Shown in pieces: positions 36,701 to 50,276 of a DNA stretch of 64,000 bases. Numbering within the stretch: the stretch's first letter is position 1; every line of letters starts with the position of its first letter. Below the pieces are notes generated by a model. The model was not told the origin of the DNA and did not search any database. It saw only the letters and a list, made by a program, of their open reading frames with translations. Position numbers and translations under genes: made by a program. The DNA is from Macrostomum hystrix (Eukaryota; Animalia; Platyhelminthes): NCBI GenBank assembly GCA_950097015.1, contig CATNEN010000025.1, positions 6,262,001-6,326,000 of the forward strand. The letters are read 5' to 3'.

Positions 36701-39014
36701 TACCTACTACTTGGCCAGGGCGATTTCATCTGCCACCTCATGGACTTGCTGGAGGCCGACTTGTCCCAGCCAGCTGGTCAGCTGTACACGCACAACCTGT
36801 TCGGTATATTGGAGACTGCCAAGCGGGCCACTAACGCCCAGTTTGAGCCCAGCTACATTATTGAAAGGTTCGTATGCACTTTTCATCTATGAATCTTGTG
36901 TGGAATCTGACACAATTTGTGAATCTTGTGTGGAATCTGACAACATCTGTGAATCTTGTGTGGAATCTGACACAATTTGTGAATCTTGTGTGGAATCTGA
37001 CAACATCTGTGAATCTTGTGTGGAATCTGACACAATTTGTGAATCTTGTGTGGAATCTGACACAATTTGTGAATCTTGTGTGGAATCTGACACAATTTGT
37101 GAACCTTGTGTGGAATCTGACACAATTTGTGAACCTTGTGTGGAATCTGACACAATTTGTGAATCTTGTGTGGAATCTGACACAATTTGTGAATCTTGTG
37201 TGGAATCTGACACAATTTGTGAATCTTGTGTGGAATCTGACACAATTTGTGAATCTTGTGTGGAATCTGACACAATTTGTGAATCTTGTGTGGAATCTGA
37301 CACAATTTGTGAATCTTGTGTGGAATCTGACACAATTTGTGAACCTTCTGCACTGCAGGCTGGATGTTCGCAAGCTGGACGTGTCTCCAGGCGACACAGG
37401 CTGGGACGTGTTCTCGCTCTATTACAACGTTGATGGGCCGTTGAGCACAGTGCTCACAGACGAATGCCTGACCTCGTATCTGCGCGCATTCAACTTTCTG
37501 TGGCGCTCCAAACGCATGGAGCACATTCTGGCGGGCCTGTCGCGCAAAGGCGTCTCGGAGGGTCGCCGCCTCGCTGCCAGAATGCCGCGGGCAGCCGGCC
37601 TGCTGCACCGCTGCCAGCTCATCGGGCACGAGATGGCCCACTTTGTGCAACAGTTTCAGTATTATGTCAGCTTTGAAACTCTTGAATGCGCCTGGCAGGA
37701 CCTCCTGGCTGCTGTACGCGGCGCCTGCGATCTTGATGCTGTCATTGGAGCCCATCAGCGCTTCCTGGCCACCGTGGTCACCCGCTGCCTGCTAGACGAA
37801 CGATCCAGGGACATCCTGACTCAACTGCGGGCTGTGTTCGACCTCATCATTCAGTATGAGCATGCCCTCACGGGCATGTTCGATGCGTTGAGCGAGGAGG
37901 CCGCCATCAGGGACCGGTTCGAAGATGAGACTGAGCGAGCGACTAAGGCTGGTGAGGCATTTGGGCTCACTCGGTTGAGATTTATTGCTGTTGCTGATTA
38001 CGTGTTAAGATAAAGACTCACGACTTGAAGGTCAGGGGTTCGATTCCCGACTCCACAGAAACAACTTGTGTCCTTTAGCAAGACACTTAACTCTGCATTG
38101 CTTCAGTTCACCCAGCTGTTAAATGGGTACCAGCCTCAGCTGGGATAATTGAAGGTGGGTGTGGCGTCCCCACAGTCCAGGGATTGAACAGCTGTACGCA
38201 GCCTTCAGATGCGCCGCGTATTAGCTGCGGCTGTGCTGTCGGCTGCACATCTAGCCCTATTGGGGCAGGTGTAATCAATTACAATTGATTAAGAATAAGT
38301 CTGAAAAGTCTATGGGTTAAAATCCTAAGTAAAATAAGTGCGTTTGATTATAAATCCGACTATAATTCTGCGCTCGTATTTGATTGGGGATTAGAAATCT
38401 AACTAAAATCCCGTTGATTTGGGGATTAGAAATCTGACAAAAATCCCATAGAATTGGGGATTAGAAATCTGACTAGAATCCTATGTGATAGGGGATTAGA
38501 AATCTGACTGGAAATTGATATGGTAAGGGAAAAAAGTCCCAATGATCAAGGCGCATCTCCATGCCCCGCAGGCAACTGGGGCCTCGGCGCCGAGCGCGAA
38601 GAAGCCGAACGAGCACGCCGACGCGTCTTCGACGACAAGTCGCTGTCGAAATTCGACTCGCAGCTGAAGGTGATCCAGCAGTCCTACTGGGATCTGGTCA
38701 CCAGCTTCCTGAGAAGGCTTGACTCCCACGCAGACTACAGCCTGCGCTTCCTCAGTACCCGCATCGACTTCAACGGCCATTATTCGCGCCAGGCCCCGTC
38801 CGACCGGCCTGCCAAACTCAAGAATAAGCAGCAACAGCAGCAGCAGCATCGGCGCACTTTTAGCGGTGCCAGCGGCTCCAGCAGCGGCGGCGCCAACAGC
38901 GAAGTTGCCGGAGCCGCCGGCAGCCGACCCGGTGGCGGTGGCGGAGCCGGCGCGCCTCGTCCAGTCAGAATGTCCGCGTCAAAGAGTTCTCCGCTTGTTT
39001 CTAGCAATGTCTGA
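33042..39014 (+). CDS. TUBGCP3: Gamma-tubulin complex component 3, 5 exons
   Basis: Exons 33042-33917, 35263-35843, 36415-36867, 37359-37951 and 38572-39014, with consistent phases. Motifs LYCLQGIDG, ECGWLH, WILDGELED...EFFV, KILLTGKAINFL, RRYLLLGQGDFI, RLDV...DTGWDVFSLYY, YLRAFNFLWRSKRME, YYVSFETLECAW, RIDFNGHY. Confidence 0.95.
33941..34226 (-). mobile_element. tRNA-headed SINE family 2 copy
   Basis: Long colinear match to 48103-48428 (CTCCTGAGCACACACTCACACAGGTGTGTACATCT...) with an A/B-box-like head on the minus strand. Confidence 0.8.
34555..34972. mobile_element. EnSpm/CMC-like MITE, 418 bp
   Basis: Termini CCCGCTAAAAA and TTTTTACAGGG form an imperfect inverted repeat; 2-bp CA on both sides; internal repeated inverted motifs (GGTGATTC/GAATCACC, TTCTTCGG/CCGAAGAA). 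Confidence 0.55.
34978..35182 (+). mobile_element. SINE family 2 copy, internally deleted
   Basis: Head GCGGTTAATGCGTTTGCCTCTC...GAGCTCGAT and tail GTCACCAAATGATGTGCCATTGCCCACAGCCCTC match the reverse complement of the other two copies. Confidence 0.75.
35905..36310. repeat. Intronic minisatellite, 32-bp unit ATCATCCCAGATCCCCAGTTTGAGCATTCACC
   Basis: TUBGCP3 intron 2. Confidence 0.92.
36887..37345. repeat. Intronic minisatellite, 30-bp unit GTGAATCTTGTGTGGAATCTGACACAATTT
   Basis: Occupies almost all of the 491-bp TUBGCP3 intron 3. Confidence 0.97.
38005..38290 (+). mobile_element. SINE family 1 copy, near full length
   Basis: GGTTCGATTCCCGACTCCAC head, CORE-like block, 3' end GGGGCAGGTGTAATCAATTACAATTGATT; lies in TUBGCP3 intron 4. 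Confidence 0.88.
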
Positions 39015-39896
39015 ATCAAAGCGCAACATTTCTTTACATTGCTACTACTATGAGTAACATGCATCAGGTTTTTCTGTCTTTGTTTTTAATTCAGTTAAAG
39101 ATTGCCAATACTACTGCCAAGTAGACAGATACGAGTGACATTGGGATTACATATTTGTAGCTGTATTATTACAGCTTACAGGGTGAAGTTTCATCTGCAT
39201 GATTAATTTTTTTCCTGTCGCATTTCCTATCCTATACATGAACTGAGCGAGTTATTTTTCTGTGACCAATCAACTCTACTTGCTTTTAATTATTGCATAC
39301 TCGTAAATAATGTATGTGCACTCAGAATTTCTTTGTGTACTATCGTTCAATGTCAATCTACACAAAAATCACAGCTCTCCCCGCCTGCATTCCAGCCCCT
39401 GCTGCGTGTGCTAAGAATAATTTTTCTCTCGTAATTTGTAATCAGATATTGCGTACAATGTTACTCAGTTTACCCATTTCATTTATCCCATATCCCGAGT
39501 GCGAGTGTTTGCGTGTATTTTTTGTAAAAGCCCCTGCGAAAACTCGAAGGCTACCTTATCAAGTGATAATTAATAAACAATTACATTGCTTGGTGCTGTT
39601 AAAACACAATTTCTACCATATATTTTTATCTTCAAAGTTGAAAAAAAAGAAAAAATGATTTAGAAGTTTTTTATTTCCTTCAATACTACTATCAGTAGAA
39701 TGGATAAAATTCAATCTTCATTTAAAGGGCAATGCTTAGTAGGGTCCCAGAGATATTTGATTTAGTTTAGCACAGTAGTTCTTTAATAGACAAGACAATG
39801 AAAAACATACAATGTAACAAATGACTAGTCATATGATTAGTGTAATTGTAAAAAGTAGGGTAATTGTAGTTTTATTCGTTGATTACAACCCCAGCA

Positions 39897-42800
39897 TCAG
39901 TGCTTCATCTTCTGCAGCTGCAGCTCGCGATTCGCCAATTCCAGTTTGATTTTCGACTCCTGAGTTTGTGTTTGGAGATTGATAATTAAATTTTTTTAAA
40001 CACAAAAACAATAATTGTCAGCACAAAAATAATTCTCACTTACACTTTGCAGTTTACACTCCAGAAAGTCTATGAGAGTGTCTCTGGCCTTTACAACAGA
40101 GAAGAAGAAGTAGGTGAAAACTCTGAAATATTGCGCAAATTGACCATCAAATTCGGAATATAATGAAACCAGTTTCTAAAATCATAAATACTGCTTTCAA
40201 ATCTGTAGATGAGTCACTAGATCAGAACTTGTGTAGATGAGTCACTAGATCAGTCACTAGATCAGAACTTGTGTAGATCAGTCACTATATCAGAACTTGT
40301 GTAGATCAGTCACTAGATCAGAACTTGTGTAGATGAGTCACAAGATCAGAACTTGTGTAGATGAGTCACTAGATCAGAACTTGTGTAGATGAGTCACAAG
40401 ATCAGAACTTGTGTAGATGAGTCACTAGATCAGAACTTGTGTAGATCAGTCACTAGATCAGAACTTGTGTAGATCAGTCACTAGATCAGAACTTGTGTAG
40501 ATGAGTCACTAGATCAGAACTTGTGTAGATGAGTCACTAGATCAGAACTTGTGTAGATCAGTCACTAGATCAGAACTTGTGTAGATGAGTCACTAGATCA
40601 GAACTTGTGTAGATCAGTCACTAGATCAGAACCTTTGTAGATCAGTCACTAGATCAGAACTTGTGTAGATCAGTCACTAGATCAGAACTTGTGTAGATGA
40701 GTCACTAGATCAGAACCTTTGTAGATCAGTCACTAGATCAGAACTTCTGTAGATGAGTCACTAGATCAGAACTTGTGTAGATGAGTCACTAGATCAGAAC
40801 CTTTGTAGATCAGTCACTAGATCAGAACTTGTGTAGATCAGTCACTAGGTCAGAACTTGTGTAGATGAGTCACTAGATCAGAACTTGTGTAGATCAGTCA
40901 CTAGATCAGAACCTTTGTAGATCAGTCACTAGATCAGAACTTGTGTAGATCAGTCACTAGATCAGAACTTGTGTAGATGAGTCACTAGATCAGAACCTTT
41001 GTAGATCAGTCACTAGATCAGAACTTCTGTAGATGAGTCACTAGATCAGAACTTGTGTAGATGAGTCACTAGATCAGAACCTTTGTAGATCAGTCACTAG
41101 ATCAGAACTTGTGTAGATGAGTCACTAGGTCAGAACTTGTGTAGATGAGTCACTAGATCAGAAATAGCATAACAGTCCTAATTCTATCAGTAGATAGTCT
41201 GTAGTCTATTTTAAGTGATTATTCTATTAGCTTGGCCACTCACAGCAGCAGCAGCAGTGTGAGAATATGTGTGGTCGGATTGAGCACAGTGTAGGTGTAA
41301 ATTAGTTTGACAGCGTCCAAGCGGCTCCACAGCACCCAGTTGGTGATCACGTTGGCCATGTGATAGTTTTTCGGCGTCTGGTGCACTCGAAACGGGCCGC
41401 AGCCACGCGAGGGATGAAAGTGCAGCAGGCAGACGCACAGGGGGAACAGGAGGACAAACAGGAACAGCAGCAGGACGTCCAGGAAGAAGCGCTCGAGGCG
41501 GGAGGCGCGAAATGATTTGCTGCTGACGCGAACAAAGCGAAGGGTGAACTGTGGGAGTGAGGAATGGAATGCAGTAAGGACTAAAATATCCCATTCTTGA
41601 TCGATAGGCAGGCATGTCAATAAACTGGACCAAGCCGCATGAGATAGGTGAGTATTAAAGAGAGTGACAGGTGAGATAGGTGAAGATCAATGAGAGGGAC
41701 AGGTGGGATAGGTGAGGATCAATGAGAGGGACAGGTGGGATAGGTGAGGATCAATGAGAGTGACAGGTGAGATAGGTGAGGATCAATGAGAGTGACAGGT
41801 GAGATAGGTGAGGATCAATGAGAGTGACAGGTGAGATAGGTGAGGATCAATGAGAGTGACAGGTGAGATAGGTGAGGATCAAAGAGAGTGAAAGGTGGGA
41901 TAGGTGAGGATCAATGAGAAGGACAGGTGAGATAGGTGAGGATCAATGAGAGTGACAGGTGAGATAGGTGAGGATCAATGAGAGTGACAGGTGAGATAGG
42001 TGAGGATCAAAGAGAGTGAAAGGTGGATAGGGGAAGATCCCCATGCAGTTATCCGATTGGCCCTCAAATATTAAGCATGACGGTGGCCAGCACTCACCCG
42101 CTTGACCTGGAACAGGCAGCCGTAGGACAGGCAGGCGATGGGCAGTACGACGGGGCAGAAGAAGGCGCCAATGAAGCAGATGGACTGTCGATAGACCAGG
42201 CCCAGGACTTCGTTGCTGATTAGTAGCTCGGATTGGGGAACCTGCGGTTCGTTTTCGGCGTTTGGGTGAAATGGAAAGGAGGGGATGGATCTGGCACAAA
42301 GCTGGCAACGTAGGGTCGGGATGAGAAGGAGGAGGGCCGAGAGGAAGAAACGCGGTTAGATGTAGGGAGAGACACAAGGTGAGTTGCTCCTTGATGGGAT
42401 GCAAAGAAGCCAGAGTAAGAATGCAAGGTGAGATGCAGGGAAGACAGGTGAGATACAGGGAAGACAGGTGAGATACAGGGAAGATAGGTGAGATGCAGGG
42501 AAGACAGGTGAGATGCAGGGAAGACAGGTGAGATGCAGGGAAAACAGGTGAGATACAGGGAAGACAGGTGAGATACAGGGAAGATAGGTGAGATGCAGGG
42601 AAGACAGGTGAGATGCAGGGAAGACAGGTGAGATGCAGGGAAGACAGGTGAGATGCAGGGAAAACAGGTGAGATGCAGGGAAAACAGGTGAGATGCAGGG
42701 AAAACAGGTGAGATGCTGGGAAAACAGGTGAGATGCAGGGAAGACAGGTGTGTTGCAGGGAAAACAGGTGAGATGCAGGGAAAACAGGTGAGATGCAGGG

Positions 42801-45800
42801 AAAACAGGTGAGATGCAGGGAAGATAGGTGAGATGCAGGGAGACGCACCGTGAGATGCAGGGAAAACAGGTGAGATGCAGGGAAGACAGGTGAGATGCAG
42901 GGAAAACAGGCGAGATGCAGGGAAGACAGGTGAGTTGCAGGGAAGACAGGTGAGATGCAGGGAAAACAGGTGAGATGCAGGGAAAACAGGTGAGATGCAG
43001 GGAAAACAGGTGAGATGCAGGGAAGATAGGTGAGATGCAGGGAGACGCACCGTGAGATGCAGGGAAAACAGGTGAGAGACGCAAAGTGAGATGCAGGGAA
43101 GGCAGAGAGTGAAGCTAGGTGAGATGCAGGGAAGGCAGGGACAGACGAAGAGACGCAGGGAGAGGCAGGGAGCTGAGCAAGGAGCTCACCTTGCTGCACA
43201 GTCTGCCGCCAATCTTGACGCTGAGCGCCCATCGCAGCACGTCAAGCGCCGGGGTGACTAGCAGGCAGATGATCACATCGATGACCAGAGTTCTGTAGAG
43301 CTGCTGGCCAATGTAGGTCTCCCAGCAGAGGCTCTCAATGCCCGGACAGTTGCCGCAGCTGTCCTGCTGTTGAATTGAGCAGGACATCACCACACTGCCG
43401 ATGGTGACGATCAGGGTGGCGAAGGACAGCAGCTTGAGGAACACGACCCGGCCCAACTGTATTAGGATCTCAACTGAGGCTGAGTAATACTCAAACGGGA
43501 TTAGCTTGCCCAGCACCAGCGGCACCAGGACATTGATGAAGCTGATCGTGAGCTGGGGCATCAGGTCGATTAGGAGGCGCAGCGAGGCGGACAACTGGAC
43601 GCGGTCTTCGGAGAAACTGCCAGAGACATTTCGCGAGTAAATCTAAATGAAGTCCCCATTATGATCCTGAAATCTAAAATCCCCATTATGATACTAAAAT
43701 CTAAAATCCCTATTATGATCCTGAAATCCAAAATCCCTATTATGATCCTGAAATATAAAATCCTATTCTGACGCTGAAATTTGATTCCCATCCAGATATT
43801 AAAATTTAAAATCCCCATTCTGATCCGAAATAAAGTCCCAGCCCAAAAATTAAAAATCCTAAATAAAAATACCGGCCTAAAAATTCCTGACGAGAATCAA
43901 AATCCCAGCCCAGAATCTAAATCCCAGCCCAGAATCTAAAATCCCAGCCCAGAATCTAAATCCCAGCCCAGAATCTAAATCCCACCCCCGAATCTAAATC
44001 CCACCCCCGAATCTAAAATCCCAGTCTGAAATCTCAAATTCCAGCCACTGACTATCGATTAAGCCGACTCTGCGACTCGGTGGCGAAGTAGATCAAATAG
44101 GCGGCCGCGCTGAACAGCCCGACTGTGGCAAAATTCGCCAGGATCCTGGCTGCCAGGGTGCCGGCAGACCTGGACCGGGCCTTCAGTCGCAGGTGCAGCA
44201 CCAGGCTGTGCAGCCGCATGCCGATGGTCCGCCGCCTCAGCCGACCGGCCTTTACGGCCCGCAGGCCGCAGTCCCAGGCGGTGAAGAGTTCGGCAGACAG
44301 CTTGGCTGCGCTGCGGGAACTGCCGCTAGTTGATGAGACCTGTTCGTCGCGTGTTACAGTTGGGTGTTACAGTAGATGAGTAGGGTGTTTTAGTTGATGA
44401 GTAGGGTGTTACAGTATATGAGTAGGGTGTTACAGTAGGTGAGGAGGGGGTTACAGTAGATAAGTAGGGTGTTTTAGTTGAAGAGTAGGGTGTTACAGTA
44501 GATGAGTAGGGTGTTACAGTAGATGAGTAGGGTGTTACAGTAGATGAGTAGGGTATTACGGTAGATGAGTAGGGTGTTACAGTAGATGAGTAGGGTGTTG
44601 CAGTAGATGAGTAGGGTATTACGGTAGGTGAGTAGGGTGTTACAGTAGATGAGTAGGGTGTTACAGTTGGTTAATAGGGTGTTACAGCAGATGAGTAGGG
44701 TGTTGCAGTAGATGAGTAGGGTGTTACAGTAGATGAGTAGGGTGTTGCAGTAGATGAGTAGGGTATTACGGTAGGTGAGTAGGGTGTTACAGTAGATGAG
44801 TAGGGTGTTACAGTTGGTTAATAGGGTGTTACAGCAGATGAGTAGGGTGTTACAGTAGATGAGTAGGGTGTTACAATAGGTAAGTAGGTGTTTCAGGGTG
44901 TAACAGGGTATCGCAGGTGTAACTGGTATTATGCACATCGGTTTCACAAATCAGGGAACACGCACCTTGAGTATTTTGCGGTAGAGCGAGTTGGAGGTGC
45001 TCAAAGCGGCGCCCACACCGCAGCCGATGAGCACAATGAGGCAGATGAGCATAGCCACTGGGGTGTTGAAGTGCTGCTCATAGCTAATTGAAGCAGCGGA
45101 CGGGTCCGTGGAATTGATGGGAAATACAAATCTGGTCCTGGTCTTGTTGATGAAGGAGCCCAGGAATATGGGCACGGTCAGCATCCAGCCCTGTTAAATA
45201 ATCGAGGCAATGTTGTTCATTAGCCCGACCAAATTGGATCAGTCATTAAACCGGCAAATCTACATTTTATAAAAAAATAGCACAGAGAACAAAGGAAACA
45301 GAATCTAAAAGAAGAATCTAAAGACAACCCACCCAATGCCACATCCTGAAGCTACACACTCTAACAATCGTTAAAAGTCACACCTTCTCGACTAAATGCA
45401 ATCGAGAAAGATTCGATTGCACTCCACTAAAAGTGTCACAACACAAATAACACTAATAAAACTCGACCAAAGACGCAATTCAAGAGACTCACAACTCAAA
45501 GGATACATTTTAAAAATACACCTCTAAGTAATGTAATACCGCTAAAGATACATAAATAAAGGCATACATCTACAGAAAGACATCTAAAGACACATCTAAA
45601 GACACATCTAAAGACACATCTAAAGACACATGTAAAGACACATCTAAAGACACGTGTAAAGACACATCTAAAGACACATGTAAAGACACATCTAAAGACA
45701 CATCTAAAGACACATGTAAAGACACATCTAAAGACACATGTAAAGACACATCTAAAGACACATGTAAAGACACATGTAAAGACACATCTAAAGACACATG

Positions 45801-48800
45801 TAAAGACACATCTAAAGACACATGTAAAGACACATCTAAAGACACATCTAAAGACACATCTAAAGACACATCTAAAGACACATCTAAAGACACATCTAAA
45901 GACACATCTAAAGACACATGTAAAGACACATCTAAAGACACATCTAAAGACACATGTAAAGACACATCTAAAGACACATCTAAGGACACATGTAAAGACA
46001 CATCTAAAGACACATGTAAAGACACATGTAAAGACACATCTAAAGACACATGTAAAGACACATGTAAAGACACATCTAAAGACACATGTAAAGACACATC
46101 TAAAGACACATGTAAAGACACATGTAAAGACACATCTAAAGACACATGTAAAGACACATCTAAAGACACATCTAAAGACACATGTAAAGACACATGTAAA
46201 GACACATCTAAAGACACATGTAAAGACACATCTAAAGACACATCTAAAGACACATGTAAAGACACATCTAAAGACACATGTAAAGACACATCTAAAGACA
46301 CATGTAAAGACACATGTAAAGACACATCTAAAGACACATGTAAAGACACATGTAAAGACACATCTAAAGACACATGTAAAGACACATCTAAAGACACATG
46401 TAAAGACACATGTAAAGACACATCTAAAGACACATGTAAAGACACATCTAAAGACACATCTAAAGACACATGTAAAGACACATGTAAAGACACATCTAAA
46501 GACACATGTAAAGACACATCTAAAGACACATCTAAAGACACATGTAAAGACACATCTAAAGACACATGTAAAGACACATCTAAAGACACATGTAAAGACA
46601 CATGTAAAGACACATCTAAAGACACATGTAAAGACACATGTAAAGACACATCTAAAGACACATGTAAAGACACATCTAAAGACACATGTAAAGACACATG
46701 TAAAGACACATCTAAAGACACATCTAAAGACACATCTAAAGACACATCTAAAGACACATCTAAAGACACATGTAAAGACACATGTAAAGACACATCTAAA
46801 GACACATCTAAAGACACATCTAAAGACACATCTAAAGACACATGTAAAGACACATCTAAAGACACATCTAAAGACACATCTAAAGACACATGTAAAGACA
46901 CATCTAAAGACACATGTAAAGACACATGTAAAGACACATCTAAAGACACATGTAAAGACACATGTAAAGACACATCTAAAGACACATCTAAAGACACATC
47001 TAAAGACACATCTAAAGACACATCTAAAGACACATGTAAAGACACATCTAAAGACACATGTAAAGACACATCTAAAGACACATCTAAAGACACATGTAAA
47101 GACACATCTAAAGACACATGTAAAGACACATCTAAAGACACATCTAAAGACACATCTAAAGACACATCTAAAGACACATCTAAAGACACATGTAAAGACA
47201 CATCTAAAGACACATCTAAAGACACATGTAAAGACACATGTAAAGACACATCTAAAGACACATCTAAAGACACATCTAAAGACACATCTAAAGACACATG
47301 TAAAGACACATCTAAAGACACATCTAAAGACACACATCTAAAGACACACATCTAAGACAAATCTCTAAAGACAGTTACAAGTATCTTTAAAGAGTGACAA
47401 CCAAGGACTGTAGACGCGCTAAAAGACATTCTATGTAGAACTCGAAGACTCACTCCGCCAGTGAAGACTTCGGTGACAGCAGCCAGCGCGGACTGTTGGC
47501 TGAGGTTCGCCACTCGGTCTTGAACCATTCGGGAGCATTCAACAGCCAGGGCCATGTCTGGCTGAGCAGCCGACGCGGCTGGATCCAGGGCGACAATCTC
47601 AGGCGGCAGGGTGGACTCAAAATTGAGCCTGGACTCAATGGCAAGATAGGGAAACACAAAACCGGCGAACACAATGCAGGACAGCGCCAGGTTGAACACG
47701 AACAGCCAGCGAATGAATGAGAAATAAGAGGCGCAGCCGGCGCCAAAGTTGCCTTCAATGACGCCGAAGCTGGTCCGGTACAGGCCCAGTGTGAAGCCGT
47801 CAAATGCACTGACGAATAGGTCGGATAAGCTGGCACGAAATTTGTTGATAGACTGGCGGGCTCGCTTACGGGCAGGCAGCTTCACGGCTATTGTGCGCAT
47901 CCGGTACTGCAGGTTCTGCCTGAGGCGGCCAGGGTTCGGCTGTGAGGATCTCTGATCAGACCCTGTCTCACTGGAAATATCCTATTATCCTACTGTAATC
48001 CCTATGAACATGTCAACCCAAATCCCGTTTGATGTCACTAAATTGTCCCAAATTATACACGCGAAATCCCATTTGACCTGCTAACTTCTAATAATAATGA
48101 TAACTGCAGGAGGGCTGCAGGCAATGGCACATTACTTGGTGACACTAGACCCGCAGGAAGCGAGTAGGCAATTCTGCCCATTTCGCTGACTCCTGAGCAC
48201 ACACTCACACAGGTGTGTACATCTCCCCTGACTTTCTCATCGCCAGGCAGTGTACACTCTCACAGTGCCTCGGAGGTTGGCCCTCAAGGGCGTAAATTGC
48301 ACGACAAGCCCCCAAGCCTTCTCTCCGCGGCTGCGCCCAAAATGAATGTGGCCTCGCCGCGGAATCGAGCTCAGGTACCTTGGCGGGAGAGGCAAACGCG
48401 TTAACCGCTCTGCCACCGACCCTCCCCGCGAGTGGATGAGATGGAATTGGGTGGAGTGGAACGGGGTGGAGTGGAGTGGAATGGAAAGGGGTGCGAGAGG
48501 CAAGCGCCTTAACCACTCTGCCACTTACCTTCACCTACTAATACAATCTTCACAGAATGTTATTCGTTCCCTAATTGTGCCATAAGGGGATAATTATCCT
48601 AAATTTCCCAAATCATCCGCCTGAAATTTTACCTACGAATACAATCTTCACAAATGATCCCATTCCGTAATTATCCAACAGATTCTCAAGGATTCGAACT
48701 CCCGGCCATACCTCTCAGTCCGCCGGCCCTCCATGTGAGCCACCATGGCAGGCAGCGCCTCCAGTTGCTCCTGCACCAGCTCCGCCGCGCCCTGCTGGAC

Positions 48801-49172
48801 GCCAATCGCGTCGCCGCCGTCGCCGCTGCCGAATTCCGCTGGCGGCGGCGGCGCTCCCCGGCCGTCCTCCAGCTCGGCGGCTGTGGCCGACACCGACAGC
48901 AGGGGAGAGGCCGAGGTCGACGCGCCATCGACAGCGGCGGACGCAGTTCGAGGTCCTCCTTCGTCGCCGCCTCGTGCAGCGTCAGCGTCCAGCAGGTCCT
49001 GCAGCCGACGCCGGTCGCGCCGTTTCAGTCGCACGCTGAGCGAATTGAGAAATTTCCTATCCGACTGGCCCGGCAAAGCCGACAGCATCGTCTCGTCCAG
49101 GTGCTCTTGCTGGGTGAGCGGACTCGAACCCGCGTCCTCTGGAGACGCATAGTCAGGCGACAGGGCCTCCAT
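39897..49172 (-). CDS. Transmembrane channel-like (TMC family) protein, 9 exons, about 818 aa
   Basis: Exons 49172-48712, 47919-47454, 45190-44966, 44339-44053, 43616-43190, 42241-42098, 41548-41244, 40122-40044 and 39959-39897; the summed length of 2457 nt stays in frame. Motifs IEGNFG...SYFSFIRWL, FTAWD, CWETYIGQQLY, GAFFCP, PSRGCGPFR. The donor at 44052 (GTCAGT) and the start codon are the least certain. Confidence 0.9.
40205..41162. repeat. Intronic minisatellite, 28-bp unit GTGTAGAT(G/C)AGTCACTAGATCAGAACTT
   Basis: TMC intron 7. Confidence 0.97.
41640..42030. repeat. Intronic minisatellite, 32-bp unit GACAGGTGAGATAGGTGAGGATCAATGAGAGT
   Basis: TMC intron 6. Confidence 0.95.
42420..43135. 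repeat. Intronic minisatellite, 20-bp unit CAGGTGAGATGCAGGGAA(A/G)A
   Basis: TMC intron 5. Confidence 0.96.
43630..44040. repeat. Degenerate AAATCCC-core arrays
   Basis: TMC intron 4; includes 19-20 bp CTAAATCCCAGCCCAGAAT units. Confidence 0.75.
44350..44900. repeat. Intronic minisatellite, 21-bp unit TGTTACAGTAGATGAGTAGGG
   Basis: TMC intron 3; abuts the acceptor. Confidence 0.96.
45570..47355. repeat. Intronic minisatellite, 12-bp unit AAAGACACAT(C/G)T, about 148 units
   Basis: TMC intron 2. Confidence 0.98.
48103..48428 (-). mobile_element. SINE family 2 copy, near full length
   Basis: Matches 33941-34226; an extra head fragment sits at about 48490-48525. Confidence 0.82.
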
Positions 49173-49289
49173 TTGAATCAAATTGAGTGAGCGGGAAGCC
49201 GACTGCCTGCCCCTTTGGATTCGCTAGCCAGTAACTAGCTGCTTGAGTTGGGACTCAGGTCGGCTGCAAATGTTTATGATGAAGCTATC

Positions 49290-49730
49290 AGTTATCTCTC
49301 CCTGCCTCCCCTCATCTTCTCCTGCCTCCCTTCTTCTCTCCCTGTCTCCCTTTTTCTCTACCTGCCTCCCTTCTTATCTCCCTGTCTCCCTTCTTCTCTC
49401 CCTGTCTCCCTTCCTCTCTCCCTGCCTCCCTTCTTCTCTCCCTGTCTCCCTTCTTCTCTCCCTGTCTCCCTTCTTTTCTCCCTGTCTCCCTTCTTCTCTC
49501 TGTCTCCCTTCTTCTCTCTGTCTCCCTTCTTCTCTCCCCGTCTCCCTTCTTATCTCCCTGTCTCCCTTCTTTTCTCCCTGTCTCCCTTCTTCTCTCCGTC
49601 TCCCTTCTTCTCTCCCTGTCTCCCTTCTTCTCTCCCTGTCTCCCTTCTTCTCTCCCTGTCTCCCTTCTTCTCTCCCTGTCTCCCTTCTTCTCTCCCTGTC
49701 TCCCTTCTTCTCTCTTTGTCTGCCTTCGTC
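49290..49730. repeat. Pyrimidine minisatellite, 20-bp unit CTTCTCTCCCTG(T/C)CTCCCTT
   Basis: Tandem units upstream of the TMC start. Confidence 0.94.
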
Positions 49731-50276
49731 TCTGCTAGGTCTCTTAATTCGTCGCCATAATTTTCTAGAAAGCTATGTCACGCTAGTCTACTATAGGCTA
49801 CTATAGCTGTCCATATTTTAAATGTTAGACTATTAGCAAATGAAAATCTCATAGATCCGTGAGGTTTTTGAAACGCTGACTGGCATACAGATAGGTCTGC
49901 TTAAGCTAACAGTCTGGTGACTGGCCTTATCGCCTTATCACAGTTTTGCTCAGACTGGCTTTTTCAAGCTTCAAGAAAGTCTCATGCCACACGTGTATAA
50001 AAAATCCGGCTACTTTGGCAACGCTTTAGATAAAAGAAGAATTTTTCTTGTGAAAATTCGTAAATTCGTTTTCGTATTTGCAGCTGACAGAACTATGAAA
50101 TTAGTATTTCTCAAGTATAGAAATTATCTTTAAAAAGTTTTTTCAATCTTTTACTTATGCCTCTTGTTTATTTGCCAGGTATCTCGTTAATTTCTTCACG
50201 ATTTTGCTTTCATTTTTCTTACATTTTTCTTGATTTTTTTCCAGTTTTTTTTTAAAACAACTCACAAAAGATTTGT

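Noticed and set aside
25815-39755. Recurring GGGTCCCAG motif (about 25819 reverse, 31786, 39743)
   Set aside because: Nine-base matches with little flanking similarity; compatible with chance or tiny TE remnants.
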